Source: Callorhinchus milii (lineage: Eukaryota). From it: DNA of 64,000 nt. Positions within the stretch are counted from its first letter, which is position 1, and each line of letters starts with the position of its first letter. The position numbers and the translations under genes were made by a program. The stretch is taken from contig NW_024704752.1 of the NCBI RefSeq assembly GCF_018977255.1, positions 15,934,001 through 15,998,000 of the forward strand. Direction: 5' to 3'. The notes beneath the pieces were generated by a model. That model was given only the letters and a program-made list of their open reading frames with translations, was not told the origin of the DNA and did no database searches. Shown piece after piece: positions 50,082 to 63,615 of this stretch.

Positions 50082-50609
50082 ACAGAACTTAAAGCAATCA
50101 CATAGAACAATGCAATATTTTATGATAATTTTATAATAATAATCCTTTTGCCTACAAATACACAATTGCTCTACTTTACAGTAAAATCCTATTTTTTCAG
50201 GTACAGTTGACAAGACCTTGATTTTCAGAACGTTTGTGGTTACAACATGTGTGTGTGCTTTGGAGGTTCTTATTGCAAAATACATACAAGCTTGTCTTAT
50301 GTACTTTTCATTCCAATGTGTGCGAAGTGAGGGAATGTTTTAAAACATAGTATTACAATCGATGCCCAATGAAAATTGATGTGAACCTGATGTGCAATAT
50401 GTATATGGTAGCAATAGAAGACTATGAAAGAAATGATCAACTATAGGTCCAGACTATCATTAGGTATTACTGGAATGTTGATTTTGAAACTGTTTCTCCC
50501 CACCCACCCCTCTCAGAAAGAATAATGCATGGAAAGAATGGCATTCAAAAAAAACTTTATCATTGACACCGATCAGAAAATTTAGATGAGGTACCCATAA
50601 ACTTGAGGT

Positions 50610-50742
50610 AAAGTATTGCAGATGCTAGAATCTGGTATAAGCACAGAAGTTGCTGGGAACGTGCAGCAGGTCAGGCAGCATCCATGGAGAGAGGAAAATG
50701 AGTTAACGTTTCAGGTCAATAACCTCATTGAGTCAGAACTCA
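50610..50742 (-). mobile_element. Penelope-type terminal repeat with degenerate hammerhead
   Basis: Paralog of 7222-7357. Minus strand TGAGTT-CTGA-ctcaatg-AGGTT-ATT-GACCT-GAAACGTT-AACTCA. Confidence 0.72.
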
Positions 50743-51400
50743 ATAAATTTGCCTTAGTTGCATTATAATTCTGCAGTGTAGAATCACTCATCAAGCACAT
50801 TGGAACAAATTGAATATATTTGTTCACTTCATGTATCTGGGGACGTACACTATATTAAGATGTGAAATCTCATGCTTATTATTTGAAATTCTATCATAGT
50901 GTAATTCCTGGTCTGATTTTTTTTAAAAATTAATAAACATGAATAGTAAAGTTAATAACTTGCTGATGGTGGGAAAGGATTTAGATTCAGGAAAAACAGC
51001 CCTCACAGCATCATTAGTGAACACTGACACAATCGTTTATAATCCTTTCTGCTTGAAATTCCCACCTGGAGTATCAACAATACGAACAACTCTGTATGAA
51101 TTATGCTGGTGTCAGTGCTCTCAAAATTCAGCTTGTATTATTCAGCTATCAAAAACGAATATAGCTGAGTATTGATAAGCAGTACAAGACATGAATACAC
51201 TGGACACACTCCACCACAGTTTGTTAGGATATGGATTAATGCCCACCATTCGATGCAGTTACTGATGTTAGTTGTACCTTTGCGAAAATAACAAAGGAAG
51301 GGCAGACACTTCTATCTAAGTTAAAGGAGGGTTTAAGGTTAGGGAACCTCAATCTTTTCCCAGATTTCTGCAACTTGGGGTGTATATCTCTCATTGATTT

Positions 51401-51726
51401 TGCCCACAAAATAAACAGTCAATTCACTTTATAGTAATATTCTGTGAAGCTCTTTGAGGTGTCTCGAAGATGTGAAAAGCGCTATATCAAATGCGAGGAT
51501 TACTACTATTATTAAGCTGTTCTTGGGACATTGCTGTAGTGTTTGACCAGGACACTTTACAGTATAATCCTATGAAACGCTTTGAAATGTCCTCCCGATA
51601 GGAAAAGCGCTGTATCAAATGTAACAATAATAAATCTTTCATTTTGCATATAGCGCCTTATGACTTCTCAAAGTGCTTCACAGCATTTCACTGTGAAGTC
51701 TAGTGACTGTATTTGTAGGCAAATGT
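51401..51726. mobile_element. Cluster of three SINE/L2 tails (+51401-51514, +51552-51625, -51625-51726)
   Basis: Each shows the tgtgaagcgctttgag...aaagcgctatatcaaatg motif or its reverse complement. Confidence 0.78.
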
Positions 51727-54700
51727 AAAGATTATTGTAGCTTGAGGCCTGGTCCTTTGGTCAGGGCTAATGAATTGGTACCAGGAAACCTTAGAAAATG
51801 CAAAGGAAGAAAAATTACTTTATTTTAAAAAAAAGCAGTTTTCCGCCCATTCAAACACCTAAAACAAAGTCCCTCCCCCCTCTAAGGGATTGATTCTATC
51901 TCTATTTGAAACCTTCCTTTCTTTTCTCTGACTTTTTTTACATTTCCTGGAACTTAATTTCTTCTTATTTTCCTTCCGTTGAAATGACCATTCCTCTGAT
52001 AAATTCCCTCAGGAATGTTTCTTTCCTCAGTTTGGATCTATTGTCTTTCAGTCTCTCTCGCTCTCGTTTATCTTTTATGCATATTTTTAAAAAAAATCTT
52101 TTTTGCAGTTTGAGACTGTATCACCCCATCAAGTCTTCTCTACCCTCACTTGTGCGGCTCATTCATCACAAACTGGCTTAGTTAAATCACAAGGGATGTA
52201 GCTTCATAACTGAATACTAATCACAACAGCTTTGCAAACAGACAATGTTCAGTAACGCGTAGAGATGAAAATTGCAACACGACATATGATGTGATAATTG
52301 TCACTGGTGCTCACAGTTTCAAAAACAATAATGATTCCTTAAAAATTTCCGGCCTGCCTTCAGACGAAGATGGGGACCAGTCAATAATTATTGAATGGTT
52401 TTGCCTGCAATTTAAGAAATTGACATTACAGTGTGAGGCTGATACCACACCTGTCTAGTGAACTGCAGGAAAGGAAACCGCTGTGAATGATTTACATTTA
52501 TAATGTTCTTATATGAAGAAATACAATTAGAAATAAACAATATTTTTCACAATGCACTATCCAAACAAAGCTTGTATTTTTCCGCAGCTAAGATATGAAA
52601 GCTGGTTTAATTGATTTTTTTCAGGGCTGGGAACTGGCACAAGTGCTAATTAAAATCAATTTATAATCAGCTGAACACATGCCACACGTGTTATGGAGAA
52701 CATCATTGGCAGCATTATTTTATGATCTCTCTGTTTATGCAATGGCTGTTTAATTGAAAATATAATACATATATTTATGAGTTATTCAGTCATGTCCTTT
52801 CTCGGCTGTGGTTCTTTTGTTTTGCCTTTTCACAAGATGTAAAATGGAAAGAAAGAGTATATTCTGTTTCAGTTGATAATTGTCACATAACATAACAAGT
52901 TTTCTTCCTTCTGGTGTGTAATCACCGAATAGCCCTCACCTTAAGCAATCTCTGCTCCTTAAATATCAGTCAGGTCTGAGCATAAGCAGAGATGTCCTTA
53001 AATGTAAAGGATAGGAAGAACTGTTGGAAGAAAAATCCAGGTTAAGAGAAGGTTAGAGTCGCACACCACCAATTACCTCAGGGTCTACCTGAGAAAGAAT
53101 TGGACTGTCAAATGGATTAAAATCCCACATTAATCAGAAATGCACAGATAATAATTGTACAGTTAATTACAAACCACCTTCAATGCAGTTCCACCTTCTA
53201 ATGAGGCGGATTAAGTAGCTAGGTTTCAGACTGTACACTGTCATATATATATATCGAGAGAGAGTACAGTGTATATATATTTTGGATAGACATTGCAAAA
53301 CCTAATTGTGCTATGAATCAAGAGAGAACTTTTGTTTTTCTTTAAAGTAAAAAGTGGCAGTAATGATTTTTTGTGACATGTTAAATGCGTTGTATCAGTG
53401 TCCAGCATTCCTGTTTGAGGGAATATAACTTTGCTGCTTTTAATGGAAATCATAGCACCACTGGCAATCCAACGACAATGAACTATTTAAAAAGCTTCTG
53501 AAATAGCTAATGACAAATTGCAAAAATCCAAGGGCTTAGAGGATGTATGGTTAATGGTTGGAATAAGCATTCTCCAGAGCATGAGAACTCTTTGTACTAT
53601 TTACTTTTTCTTTTGTTGAGCTCACTAACTTAAGTTCTGACTGAGAGTAATACTGCACTGGCTTTTGTGTCTCCTCACCTATTTATTTTTCGGGACTTCT
53701 GGCAAACACTTAATTCTGAGGTAAATTGGCCTTTTCCATCCATTTTCTGATGGGTAGAAATGTTTAGCTTGAATATCTACAGCTCATTCGAAATTTACCA
53801 AATAGCAGAGTATCGTTCACTTTGTTTTAATGATATTTGTTCACTGTGTGGTTCCTGTGGCGGCAGAAGCAATACAATATTTTTACACCCCTGCACTGTA
53901 CGTAGAAGGAAAGAATTTATTGGAAAAATATAACATTAAGCCCGACCATCGGTTTCATCTTCTATCTCCAGCTTTCAAGAAAATGGTCCCTGATAACTGA
54001 ACAAGTGTGGTTTTGGTTCTACTCTCAGATTTCTAAGTTTTTTTTCAAAAAATGTATAATTCAGGAAACTGAATCTGGACTTGGGGAGTCAGAGAACCAA
54101 GATCGATTTCAGTGAGTTAATGATATTTAATACATATGGTGCGAAACAGAAGTATTTGCCTTGTAGGGGAGCATTCCTGTCTCCCAGTGGTTCTGCTCCA
54201 CTGCAATCAATGAAATTATAGACATTTCATACATTATATGTATGAAGTACGAAGTTTGACGCAAAGTTGCAAGGGGCGGTGAATGAATGAAAGAAATTCA
54301 TTATAAAGCATAGAGTGAAAAAAGCCCATTTCGCCCAGCCACCCTGATTCCTTGGGCAAACTGTTCTCTACTTCGATGTCTCTTTGGTTATCTGTAATGC
54401 CCAATACATTTATCAATATATTTATACTGCATATATAGAGGTAGTTATAGGAGCAGAACTATTCACATTGCACAGTTTAAAAGCAGCAGAAGTAAATCAC
54501 ACTGGGTTTCCTCTTCTTTGGTCCATTAAATGCTATTGAACCACATTTCAGGAATAGGAAATATAAGTTGGAGGTTTCAACTCCTACAAAGAAAGTATCT
54601 TCATTCCTAGCAGTATAAACACATGTGTGGTACATTCATTCTAGAAGGGCTGTTATTGAAAGGGTGCTTTCCTTTTTCATTTCAAGTGATTTACGTTGTC

Positions 54701-57559
54701 AGAGAATTTTCACCTTCAAGATAATGCAGCTGGTCTCTTCAGGGAAGATCACTTTGGAAAAGTTCAAGTTCACTTGAGAGATCTAAACGCAGTGTTTGCC
54801 CCGGGGAAAATAGTGATATTGTTGGAACATTACGAAAGATCTCCAACCATATGTAATTTCCATCTATTGGGAGAACAATGTACAGAATTTACTGTAATAA
54901 ATAGCATTCCAGTTAGAACACTGAGGGGTCTCTGCTTACCAAGACATCTGCTAAAAATGCAGAGAAATGACCAATTATAAGCAGTGAATACCAAGCATGA
55001 AATGCTAAAATATGTGAATACAACCAAGAGGTCACCTACTGAGCTCAAAACCTCGGTCAGTCTGTCCTTTGGGCGTATGATTATTATAACAATATTTCTT
55101 CTCAGCATTTCATTATCTTTTATTCAACCGACTACGGCATATGTTTCAACTTTCAGCTATTTCTGCCGTCCGAGTGATGAACATCTTCTAATTAACATTT
55201 TCTTAAAAGCCTTGCTCTCACTCACCTCATTACGTGGAGATTTCACTTGTTAATTATCAGCCAAAAAGAAAGCCAAAGATCTTAATAGCTTCAGCTAATT
55301 AGAATTTTTCTATTAACCTTTCACTAAATTTAGGAATACCTACAGATAGAGGAGTTTTAAAGGACTCTGACTTTCAATCTATTTACATTTCATTGCTATG
55401 ATGATTTTGTCAAGGTACATGTGATAATTCTGAGACAGGGTTTGATGGCGCAAAAATAAACAGAGATTTCAATCTTGATTTTTCTGTGTCCAACCCCTTC
55501 TTGGACATGTGCAGATGTCAAGTGAGAATAGGTTTTGATTCAGCTGCTATGCTAACCTGCCAATCCATAGAGGGATTGAAATTATGTATTAAACAATGAT
55601 GGAAATGTTGCTGTAATTTCTGTCTGTCTAACAGGTGACACTGCAGAGAAGCAACTGAGGAAATCTCATTTAGGGACAAAATAGCTCATGAGTTTACTTT
55701 TCATAACTGATGGGAAAGAATAGGTATTGTCTGTTTGCTCGTTTAGATTTAGTCTGATATTTCCATTGCTTGGTTGCAGTGATTTTACTCGTGGAACTTT
55801 TCTTCCAGTAAATCAGGTTCATCTAACAGATAATTTACTTAGTTCATTCCTAATTGGAAACCTGACTCTTGCAGGGCCTTTAGTTAATATTTATTTTAAG
55901 TGTTTCAAAATAGTTTTTGTCAAAAATAAAAATCTGTGTTCAATGATCATTACAAACTTATTGTAATATATCTACATACTATATATATGCACACACACAT
56001 GTAAAAAAAATCACCCTCTTAAAGTAATTTTATTCCTCTATAACCTATGATTTGAAAGAAATTGCTCGCATTTTTGGTAATGCAACCTTGTAAATCACAC
56101 CTAAATACTGCTTACACAAGGAGGCCTTGCCTTCCAGTTTATTAGAGTTTTATAGTGTAAAGCATTTTCACATGGTTCTAATCATACAGCACACCACAGA
56201 GACAAAGCTCATTATATCCATCTCTGAAAACTCATGTTAATCTTATGATTTTGCTAATGATGTGTCAATTTTCAGAGATTATAACTTCACTTTCAGTCAG
56301 AATAAATTTTATATTTTCGACAATTTTTTCACTTCTTTTCTTTCCCTCCCGCCAACACGCCTATAATGGGATTCAATTCCGCAGACATCCTCCAATATCT
56401 CATAGCTTGTATGTCTAGCGTGCATTAATGTCCGCCTCTCTTTGCAAATTGGTTGACATGATCATAATAATTATATCCTTGGTAGCTCTTGTAAATATCT
56501 GTGCAGCTGGTGTTTTCAAATTTTTTTTGCTAATTAAGTCGCAAAAATGTACTGAATAACATTTAGTTAATTCCTTCTATTTACCACAACATAGAGTGCA
56601 ATTGTGGATAAGTGAAATAGAAGAGTGTCTGGGTGATTAAAGTCTTCCGTGAATATTGGTGTAACTTCTTTTGTTACATGTGACTCTAGTTATAAGCAAA
56701 ACACGGTGTCTGCCACCCGATCTAAGGCATACAATGAGATCCCACTGTGTGGCTTATTCATTCCTATTTGTTAATAGCAACAATACTTTTCCCCTTCAAA
56801 TAACGTTTGTTGTTTTCTGGTGGAAGTTATCCAACGAGTTAAGTTTCTTTTTCCCCCCGCTCCCAATACTGTTTACTTGAAAGATTACATGGGACTGAGG
56901 AAGTGATCTTGAGAAGCTTCAGACTTATTCCATTCATAATGACAACCCCTCAAATCAGCAAATAGCTCCAGGCATGTCTACTTGTGGAAGTTTGTGCTCT
57001 GGAATAGTAAAGCAAATCACTTATGTGCCTGAGAGATGTTTGTCAGGGGTACCCCCACTACAAAGGAAAAGAAACCCTGAGAGTTGGTATGATTCCAGAG
57101 TGATGACAGGTTTACTCAGTACAAGCACCTTCTTATGCACAGAGCTGCGATGAAGTACTAGCCGGTCAATGCTCATATTTAAGTCGCCTGATGTTGCTTT
57201 TGCCCCGTTGCAACAGTGATACATTTCCCATATCCCACGGGACACGACAATATTGACCGATTCAACCATGTACAGACCCGATGAACCCCACGTGGTACCA
57301 GAGCAGAATTTTAAATACCTAATACTTTTATTTGTTTATGAATTCTGGTTGAAATGGGTGTTCAGCCACCATAGCTGTGTGGGTGTGTTTTTTAAAAAAA
57401 CATTCTGCCTGCACATTCAGGCTATGTAGCATCAAAGCAGAGATCTACAAATATCTGATTGCTTTCTCTTTCTTGCTGACAAGTGCAAGATGCATTGTGT
57501 ACTTTGTAAATATCAATAATAGGAATCAGACTGAGGATATCCCAAAGGCATAACAGGTC

Positions 57560-57890
57560 AAGACATCACTGACTCATACAAACCACAGAGCCGCCTGTTG
57601 AACTCTCAGTCCATGTTAAGGTAGGCGATCTCAGCCAGCGCAGCAGTCACAGAGGCTTACAACTGTCCCATTCCAACAATCTATCTTTGGGATTTCCTTG
57701 TGTAGGTGGGAAGCATGGAAATCTCAGCTTGGTTGGGATACTCCATGGGATTCTCCATGTGTCAGACACCTGGCTGACCAAAAAAAAAATCCAATGAGCT
57801 GTGCTGCAGTTATTGACCGAGGACAATACTGAGTTCAGCTGTGATTTTCCCTTCAACATCCAAAAGCTAAAATAAATGGGGTAAGAAAAT
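57560..57890 (+). mobile_element. LF-SINE-like copy
   Basis: gatctcagccagcgcagcagt...cttacaactgtcc...gaggacaatactgagttcagctgtgat. Confidence 0.55.
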
Positions 57891-58401
57891 GGTTGAATAT
57901 GTTTGACTGTTAAAAAGTGCCTTCACAGCGGAAGCTGAACAAAGGAAAAGCCACAGAGGTTTGGGACTGTGAGGTTACAAATCCTTACTTATATATTATT
58001 ATTAGTACCACACAGATAGGAAATCTTTGTGATACAAATGAAATATTTTTGAAAAATTCTTGAAAAGTAGCTGGACCCAAACTGGTTGAAGCTGCTGGCA
58101 TTTTTCACTGGGTTAACATTGCAGACGTTTGCTATTACAAATCTGGAGGGAAATAAGTTGAGTTGCTGTAGAGGGAGCTACTGTATGTCTTGCTGATAAC
58201 AGAAAATGAACTACTGTGGACTTATAAATTAGGAGGAGCAGTTTACTATCTCTGGTACAAGATTTATATGAGGCCTGTTTCCATGATAGCACATCTGTTA
58301 CATGCTGGAGGTGATGCCATCATTTCACCATGATGGTGAAACATAGTTGTCTGCTTAACGTGGGAGTTGATTAATACAGTTACACCACTTTATCATATAT
58401 C

Positions 58402-58470
58402 ATGTGAAGCACTTTGAGATGTCTCGAAGACATGATAAGGTGCTATATCAAAAGCAAGAATTATTATTTT
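58402..58470 (+). mobile_element. SINE tail
   Basis: tgtgaagcactttgagatgtctcgaagacatgataaggtgctatatcaaaagcaagaattattatt. Confidence 0.8.
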
Positions 58471-59032
58471 AAACTGCATTTTTTTAAAAAAATGTCTTGG
58501 CCTCTACAAATCCATAAATAAAACATTAAAATTTAAACAACTTGCACACTTCCACCCCATCTGGAACTAAAATCCTCTGCCCTGGTTGACCGAATAAGGC
58601 AAATCCATATCCAAAGTACTGTAGAAATCAATAATTGTGCAAAAGACATGAAATACTAACACAGCACAACTGACTCTGAATCCACATGATCGGTCACTCT
58701 CTGGGATATGTAGATCAATGTAAACTCTCTCCAATTCCAGGGAGGAAACGTGTTGTCCAGTGTCTTAGCAAGCCGCAAAGACCAGGAAATTCCTTTGACG
58801 CTAAGCTGCCGATTTCGCCATTCCAGATTGCTGTTCGGCTAGATATTCCGACTTGTGGTTTCAGCTCAGCAATAGTTTTTATTTCTTCACACTTCCCTTT
58901 AGACAGTCAGGTGCTGGCCCTGGCTCTTGACTACTGCCCATTGCTGCCCCAATGTCGTTACCCAGTGTAACTCACAGTATTTAATGTAATTGCTGGATTG
59001 GTGCCCAGATAGGGAACCATTTAAGTCGACAG

Positions 59033-59042
59033 ATGACGTCAT
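59033..59042. promoter_or_regulatory. Full palindromic CRE/ATF motif
   Basis: ATGACGTCAT, with CpG retained in CpG-poor DNA and next to a CNE-like block. Motif match only. Confidence 0.25.
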
Positions 59043-60457
59043 TGTGGCCTGAAAACTTTTAACGCATGACTGAGGTAACTGGATACTAAGAGTAAAATAT
59101 TAAAAGCTTGCAACACTGTAAAATACTCTTCTTTCTGTTTGTTTTTAAAACTGATGTATTTCAGAAGCCGAAGCAGCTGTCTGTTCAGTTACTGAAGTGG
59201 TGCGGCCATTAATCTTTCCGTGGTATGAAGAAAAACAAGACGACGATCTGGTGCATTTTGTTTTGTCACCTGTGCTGAACATTTCTAATGTAACATAAGA
59301 GGAATAGGCGAAATGAACNTTTTTCCACCTTCGTCTGCTGTTTTCTCTTCCAGCCACATTTTACAAGCAGTAACTTATGTTAGTGTAAAATTCCATAGAC
59401 ACCAAAAGCTCTTGCATGCTTCAGTTAAGTATTCGTTCTACTTGTGGGGAACCAGACAGGGAGCCTCGATGAGCTCAACAACAAATGAGGCCATTACAGC
59501 CAAGCAAAAGGCTTTTTTTTCTTGAAAATGCACTCACTCGCATTTCCAGCAAAGGGGATGGCAGGTGGCGGCAATGTAACATGATTAGGGATGAATTTTC
59601 CCCTCCTGAACTTGAGAAGAAATAGTTTGTAAGGTTGCTTTTGCCAATCCAGGTGCGATCATCTCCTACTCTATAAGGGGGCCAACTTTTTCTTTAAATA
59701 TTCTCTCCCCTTTAGCTTAGCTCGACAGTAAAAGATTCAGATTCATACTATATGATCTAACTACTTAAGAATATTAAGGACAGAAATTGTTAGATGAATA
59801 CTTTGACCAGATGATGGTTTAATTGAGACCACAAGTTAATTTAACTGGGCATGTGGATTTTGAAATTTGCACTGAGCATTTCACCATGTTATTTTTCCAT
59901 TAAATTTTCCTCATCCTTCCCTGCTTTCTGTAGCTATTCATCTGGTTTTGTAGGACATTGACCTATATACATCTCATTACTTCCTATTGAAGAGGTTGAC
60001 TCTACCCTCAACAGTGCTTAGCTTCAAAGATAGAATCACATCCTGGGATTTGGATCTCCTCAATCTATAAATAGAAACCAAGAGATTTCTTTTTCCGCTT
60101 AGCTAGTTAGGGATTTAGAGGCACATATTCCACTCTTTAATGGGTAGGGCTTTGACCTTTTAACTTGATGAGTTCACATTAGCACTCCTCTCAGTTGTCC
60201 AAGTTTACAACCATCACAATCTTCTTATCATCTTGCCTATATATCTAATGGATACTTAATGAACTGGCTCAGTGTATTTATTCTGCTCACCATGCTGGAA
60301 TTAGCTGCTGTTTAGCTGTTGTCTTAAGATAAATGTCCATTGTTCCAATCTTCCATTTTATTGCTATTCTATATTTACTTGTGCAGCATATATTGATTCC
60401 ATAGACTATTTTTCATGATTCCCAGAGACATCAAATTCCCCTTGCATATATTTGTCA

Positions 60458-60680
60458 TTCCATTGATGGGTCAGTTGGTAAAACCACTGCCCAATTTGAG
60501 ACTGAGCCACGCAGCTCATGTTTAGTTCCTAGTTTGTGCTGAGTTATATGATCCCCTTTTCTGCTTCTTGTATGATCCCCATTTCTGCTGGACAGTAGAT
60601 AATGGATGTTGGGTGGGAACAGGATTGAGTTAGTTTGTGATCCTCTCCTTGGTTGAGTCACATGGCCACCAGTGGGCTGG
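60458..60680 (+). mobile_element. LF-SINE-like copy
   Basis: gatgggtcagttggtaaaaccactgccc...actgagccacgcag...tgtgctgagtta...tggatgttgggtgggaacaggattgagttagtttgtgatcctctcc. Confidence 0.6.
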
Positions 60681-60695
60681 GGGAAGTGCCTTTAG

Positions 60696-60900
60696 GTGTC
60701 AGCCTGTCTCATGTGTCAGGACTCTTGTCCCTAAATTAATAGATTGTGGGTTTAAGCCCCACATTGAGATTTTGAAGTCATGGAGTCTAGGCTGACACTT
60801 AACTCACAAATACACAGACATTACTCTTTGCAAAAAGCATCTGTGAAGCATTTTGAGATTTGAAGTTATGTGTTACTATGAAATATGCAACTTTTATTAT
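60696..60900 (+). mobile_element. SacSINE1-like, internally deleted
   Basis: gtgtcagcctgtctca...gattgtgggtttaagccccac...tctaggctgacact joined to tail tgtgaagcattttgaga. Confidence 0.6.
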
Positions 60901-61547
60901 TGTATCAAATGCAATGAATGGAATTATTAGTTACACAGAAGCCTGTCAGTGGACATCTGGTAGAATTTCAGGATTTAAATCCTTAATATAACTGGCTTAC
61001 AATTACTTTTGCTGATTCTAAGATGATTGGAAACTGGAAAATGTTACTTTATACTCCAGGAACATTATAATCTGTGCAAGTGATTGACAAGAAATATTGT
61101 TCCGTTTTACATGAAGGAAAACCAAATCTATTTTAAGACAGCAAAGCTCAATTCCCGAAGAGAAAAGTGTGTTTTGAATATCCTAAACTGTTGAATATCT
61201 CGAATGTTTAATCTCATGAATACTATTTTAAAATATACTTAACTCTTCGAGCGCAAGACTTAAAAATCTGGTTTCTTGCAGTACTGATGCCATAACATCT
61301 GCTGCCAAGGAATTAGGGCATGAAGGATCTTCTGTCCAATATATGTCATCATGTTACTGCCCAATTTAGTACTAATGACCTGATGGCGTAGCCAAATTTA
61401 CAGATGAAGTACTAAAAGACAGGTGTCAAAATAAGAGGATTGAAATCCCATACTGTGGCCAGATGATTGATGTATGCTGGGTTAGTGCTGTAACAGCAGC
61501 AGTGGAGCTGAAAGCAATGCTATATGATCAGTGAAAACAGTTATATT

Positions 61548-61595
61548 CCAACAACAACTTGCATTTATATAGCACCCTTCACCAGGGTAGTGTTT
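61548..61595 (-). mobile_element. L2-type tail
   Basis: caacaacaacttgcatttatatagcacccttcac. Confidence 0.65.
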
Positions 61596-63615
61596 CGGAT
61601 CAGATTTTATACAGCACGGGTAGCTCTAACTATTGTCTAAAATAATGATAGGGAATCGGCAATGATATGGTTTAATGGCTTAGTCCAGCTGAATTTCGTC
61701 CGGGGTATCAGTCCATGTGCTACTGTGGCAAATTTCTCTGTAAGCCCCTCCTGGATAAACAAACATTGACGGACATCCCCAGGTTCGTCAACATGGAGCA
61801 CCATTAAATGGATCATTGGTGAGACCACAACAGAGGCCTCCTGGTGTGAGATAACGTCTATCACTACGTGGGAAGTTGACTGGTTCAGGAAGCTTGCTGG
61901 GCAATGCAAAGGAGAAGCAAATGCTACTTTTAGCCTACATGCTCAAACTGCTGAGAACTGCTCCAAATTGAACTAATTCTCGTGTTGCCTTAAACCATGA
62001 GTGCCCAAATCCTCCATTATCTATTCCTCTCCTTTCCCCTTTCAATCTCAGAAACCAGAGGGATCGTGGGAGCAACTGCAAGTTCATGCATGTTTACTTG
62101 TTTCCAGGTCATGGCACACAACATGTGTTTTGTCTGTACCCTGCTCCCAGCATTAGAGGTTAGGGTTCGGAAACCACTATTCTTGCCTGTCTTGTCTGTC
62201 AAGTAGAAACATAATGGCTGTAAGACTAGTAGCATCTATTTAGTTTCTAGGGCCAAATGCTGTTGCCTAAGGAATGAGACAGTTACGTCAAGTGATAGTA
62301 ACTAACATGCTACCATGTTGTTTAGCCTTTGCCACTTTGCCTCCAAAGACAACATTTCAGCAGGAGGGAACAAAGTAAGCCGAATAGGTCTTAAAAAGGC
62401 CAAAATATTCATGATTTTTCTATATTGAATAAATCTAGAGATCATAAAGTTCCGATATAAAATGGATCTCATACCCACTCAAATAAATAAACCCACTCAA
62501 CAAGCACACTAGCGAGTCTCTCTTTTGAAACCTAGCCCCAGTAAGGTCTAAATACAACTGAAAGAGAGCTGCATTGAATAACATCAGACAGGGCTGCTTA
62601 CATTATATGGTAATACACCCTGGTCATACTGAAACCAATAAAGTCCAAGGTGAGCATGTAACCATGCTAATTAGTGTGAGACTGAAATTGTATGGCTTTT
62701 ACAAATGTGAGAGCATATCTATTTGTGATGGCTACTTGTACCTCCACCAGTCAACGGCTGTAAGATATGCTGCCATGAGCTTCGTTGAAGATACAGTGGA
62801 TAATTTCAAAGTTCACCAAATGAAGTAACTTGGTACATTTTCATCTATAATATAGTCCAATTGAGTGCAGATCTGTTAAGTTCATCGTAAAATAAAGTGA
62901 ACTAAGCATGCGATTATATTTTTTTATCCCACAGTTTTATAGTCTGTCATTTCCTTCCTGCCATGTTGGCTTTTTTGGCATTTATAAATGTACCTGACTA
63001 TTTAATCCAGCTCGGTGTTTCAAAAGGCCAAACTGGAGCTCACAGCTGGTAAACTCAGCTTTCCTCAACAGACCAAGTCACAAATAATGTCCCTTTGATA
63101 TTTGTAGATTAATTCTCCCCCTCCCCCGTACTCAGTTAATTTCTGATTAATTTGTTGACTCAGTCCATTTTACAGATTTCATGTCCACAAATGAGCTTTG
63201 TAATATTAATGAAAAAAAATCATGGGCTTTAAAGCAAGTAAGGAGATCTGAGAATGATTAAAGGCAATAATCTAATCAAGTGGTTCATATGACATTGTAA
63301 ACATTGACAACAAAGATTGAACATTCATAATCATCATCTGAACCTCATGATTATATTACAGCTTGGAATCCTCTACAGGCATCTGTTATTGCTTAGAACT
63401 TATAACATTTCAATTTTATTTAAATTGTTTTCTGCTTTTGGGTCAGGTTTTGTGCAAATGCTCGTGTCTTTGACAGATGCTAGCTGATGGCTTGCTTAAC
63501 CCAAGATGTTCTTACAAGAAGATGAATGATTTTGATAGCCATAGTTAGTTTACTGAAAACTGTAATTTATTGCTGAGAAATTCCTCGTCGAAAGTATATT
63601 GGAATCCATTAAGAA

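Noticed and set aside
54381-54393. TCTTTGGTTATCT, identical to the first 13 nt of miR-9-5p
   Set aside because: The sequence diverges afterwards and no miR-9 hairpin or 3p arm is present. Likely chance, at most a target site on a minus-strand RNA.
1478-58470. Recurrent aataat-ccttgcatttgatatagcgcc repeats as a CRISPR-like array
   Set aside because: Dispersed at irregular kb distances on both strands with variable 5' truncation, as expected for retroposed SINE tails in eukaryotic DNA.
60663-60682. CTCF-like motif (tggccaccagtgggctg)
   Set aside because: Mismatches at key positions, and it lies at the end of a repeat.
61637-61980. Possible coding exon or LINE relic
   Set aside because: No recognisable motif or clean splice boundaries in any frame.
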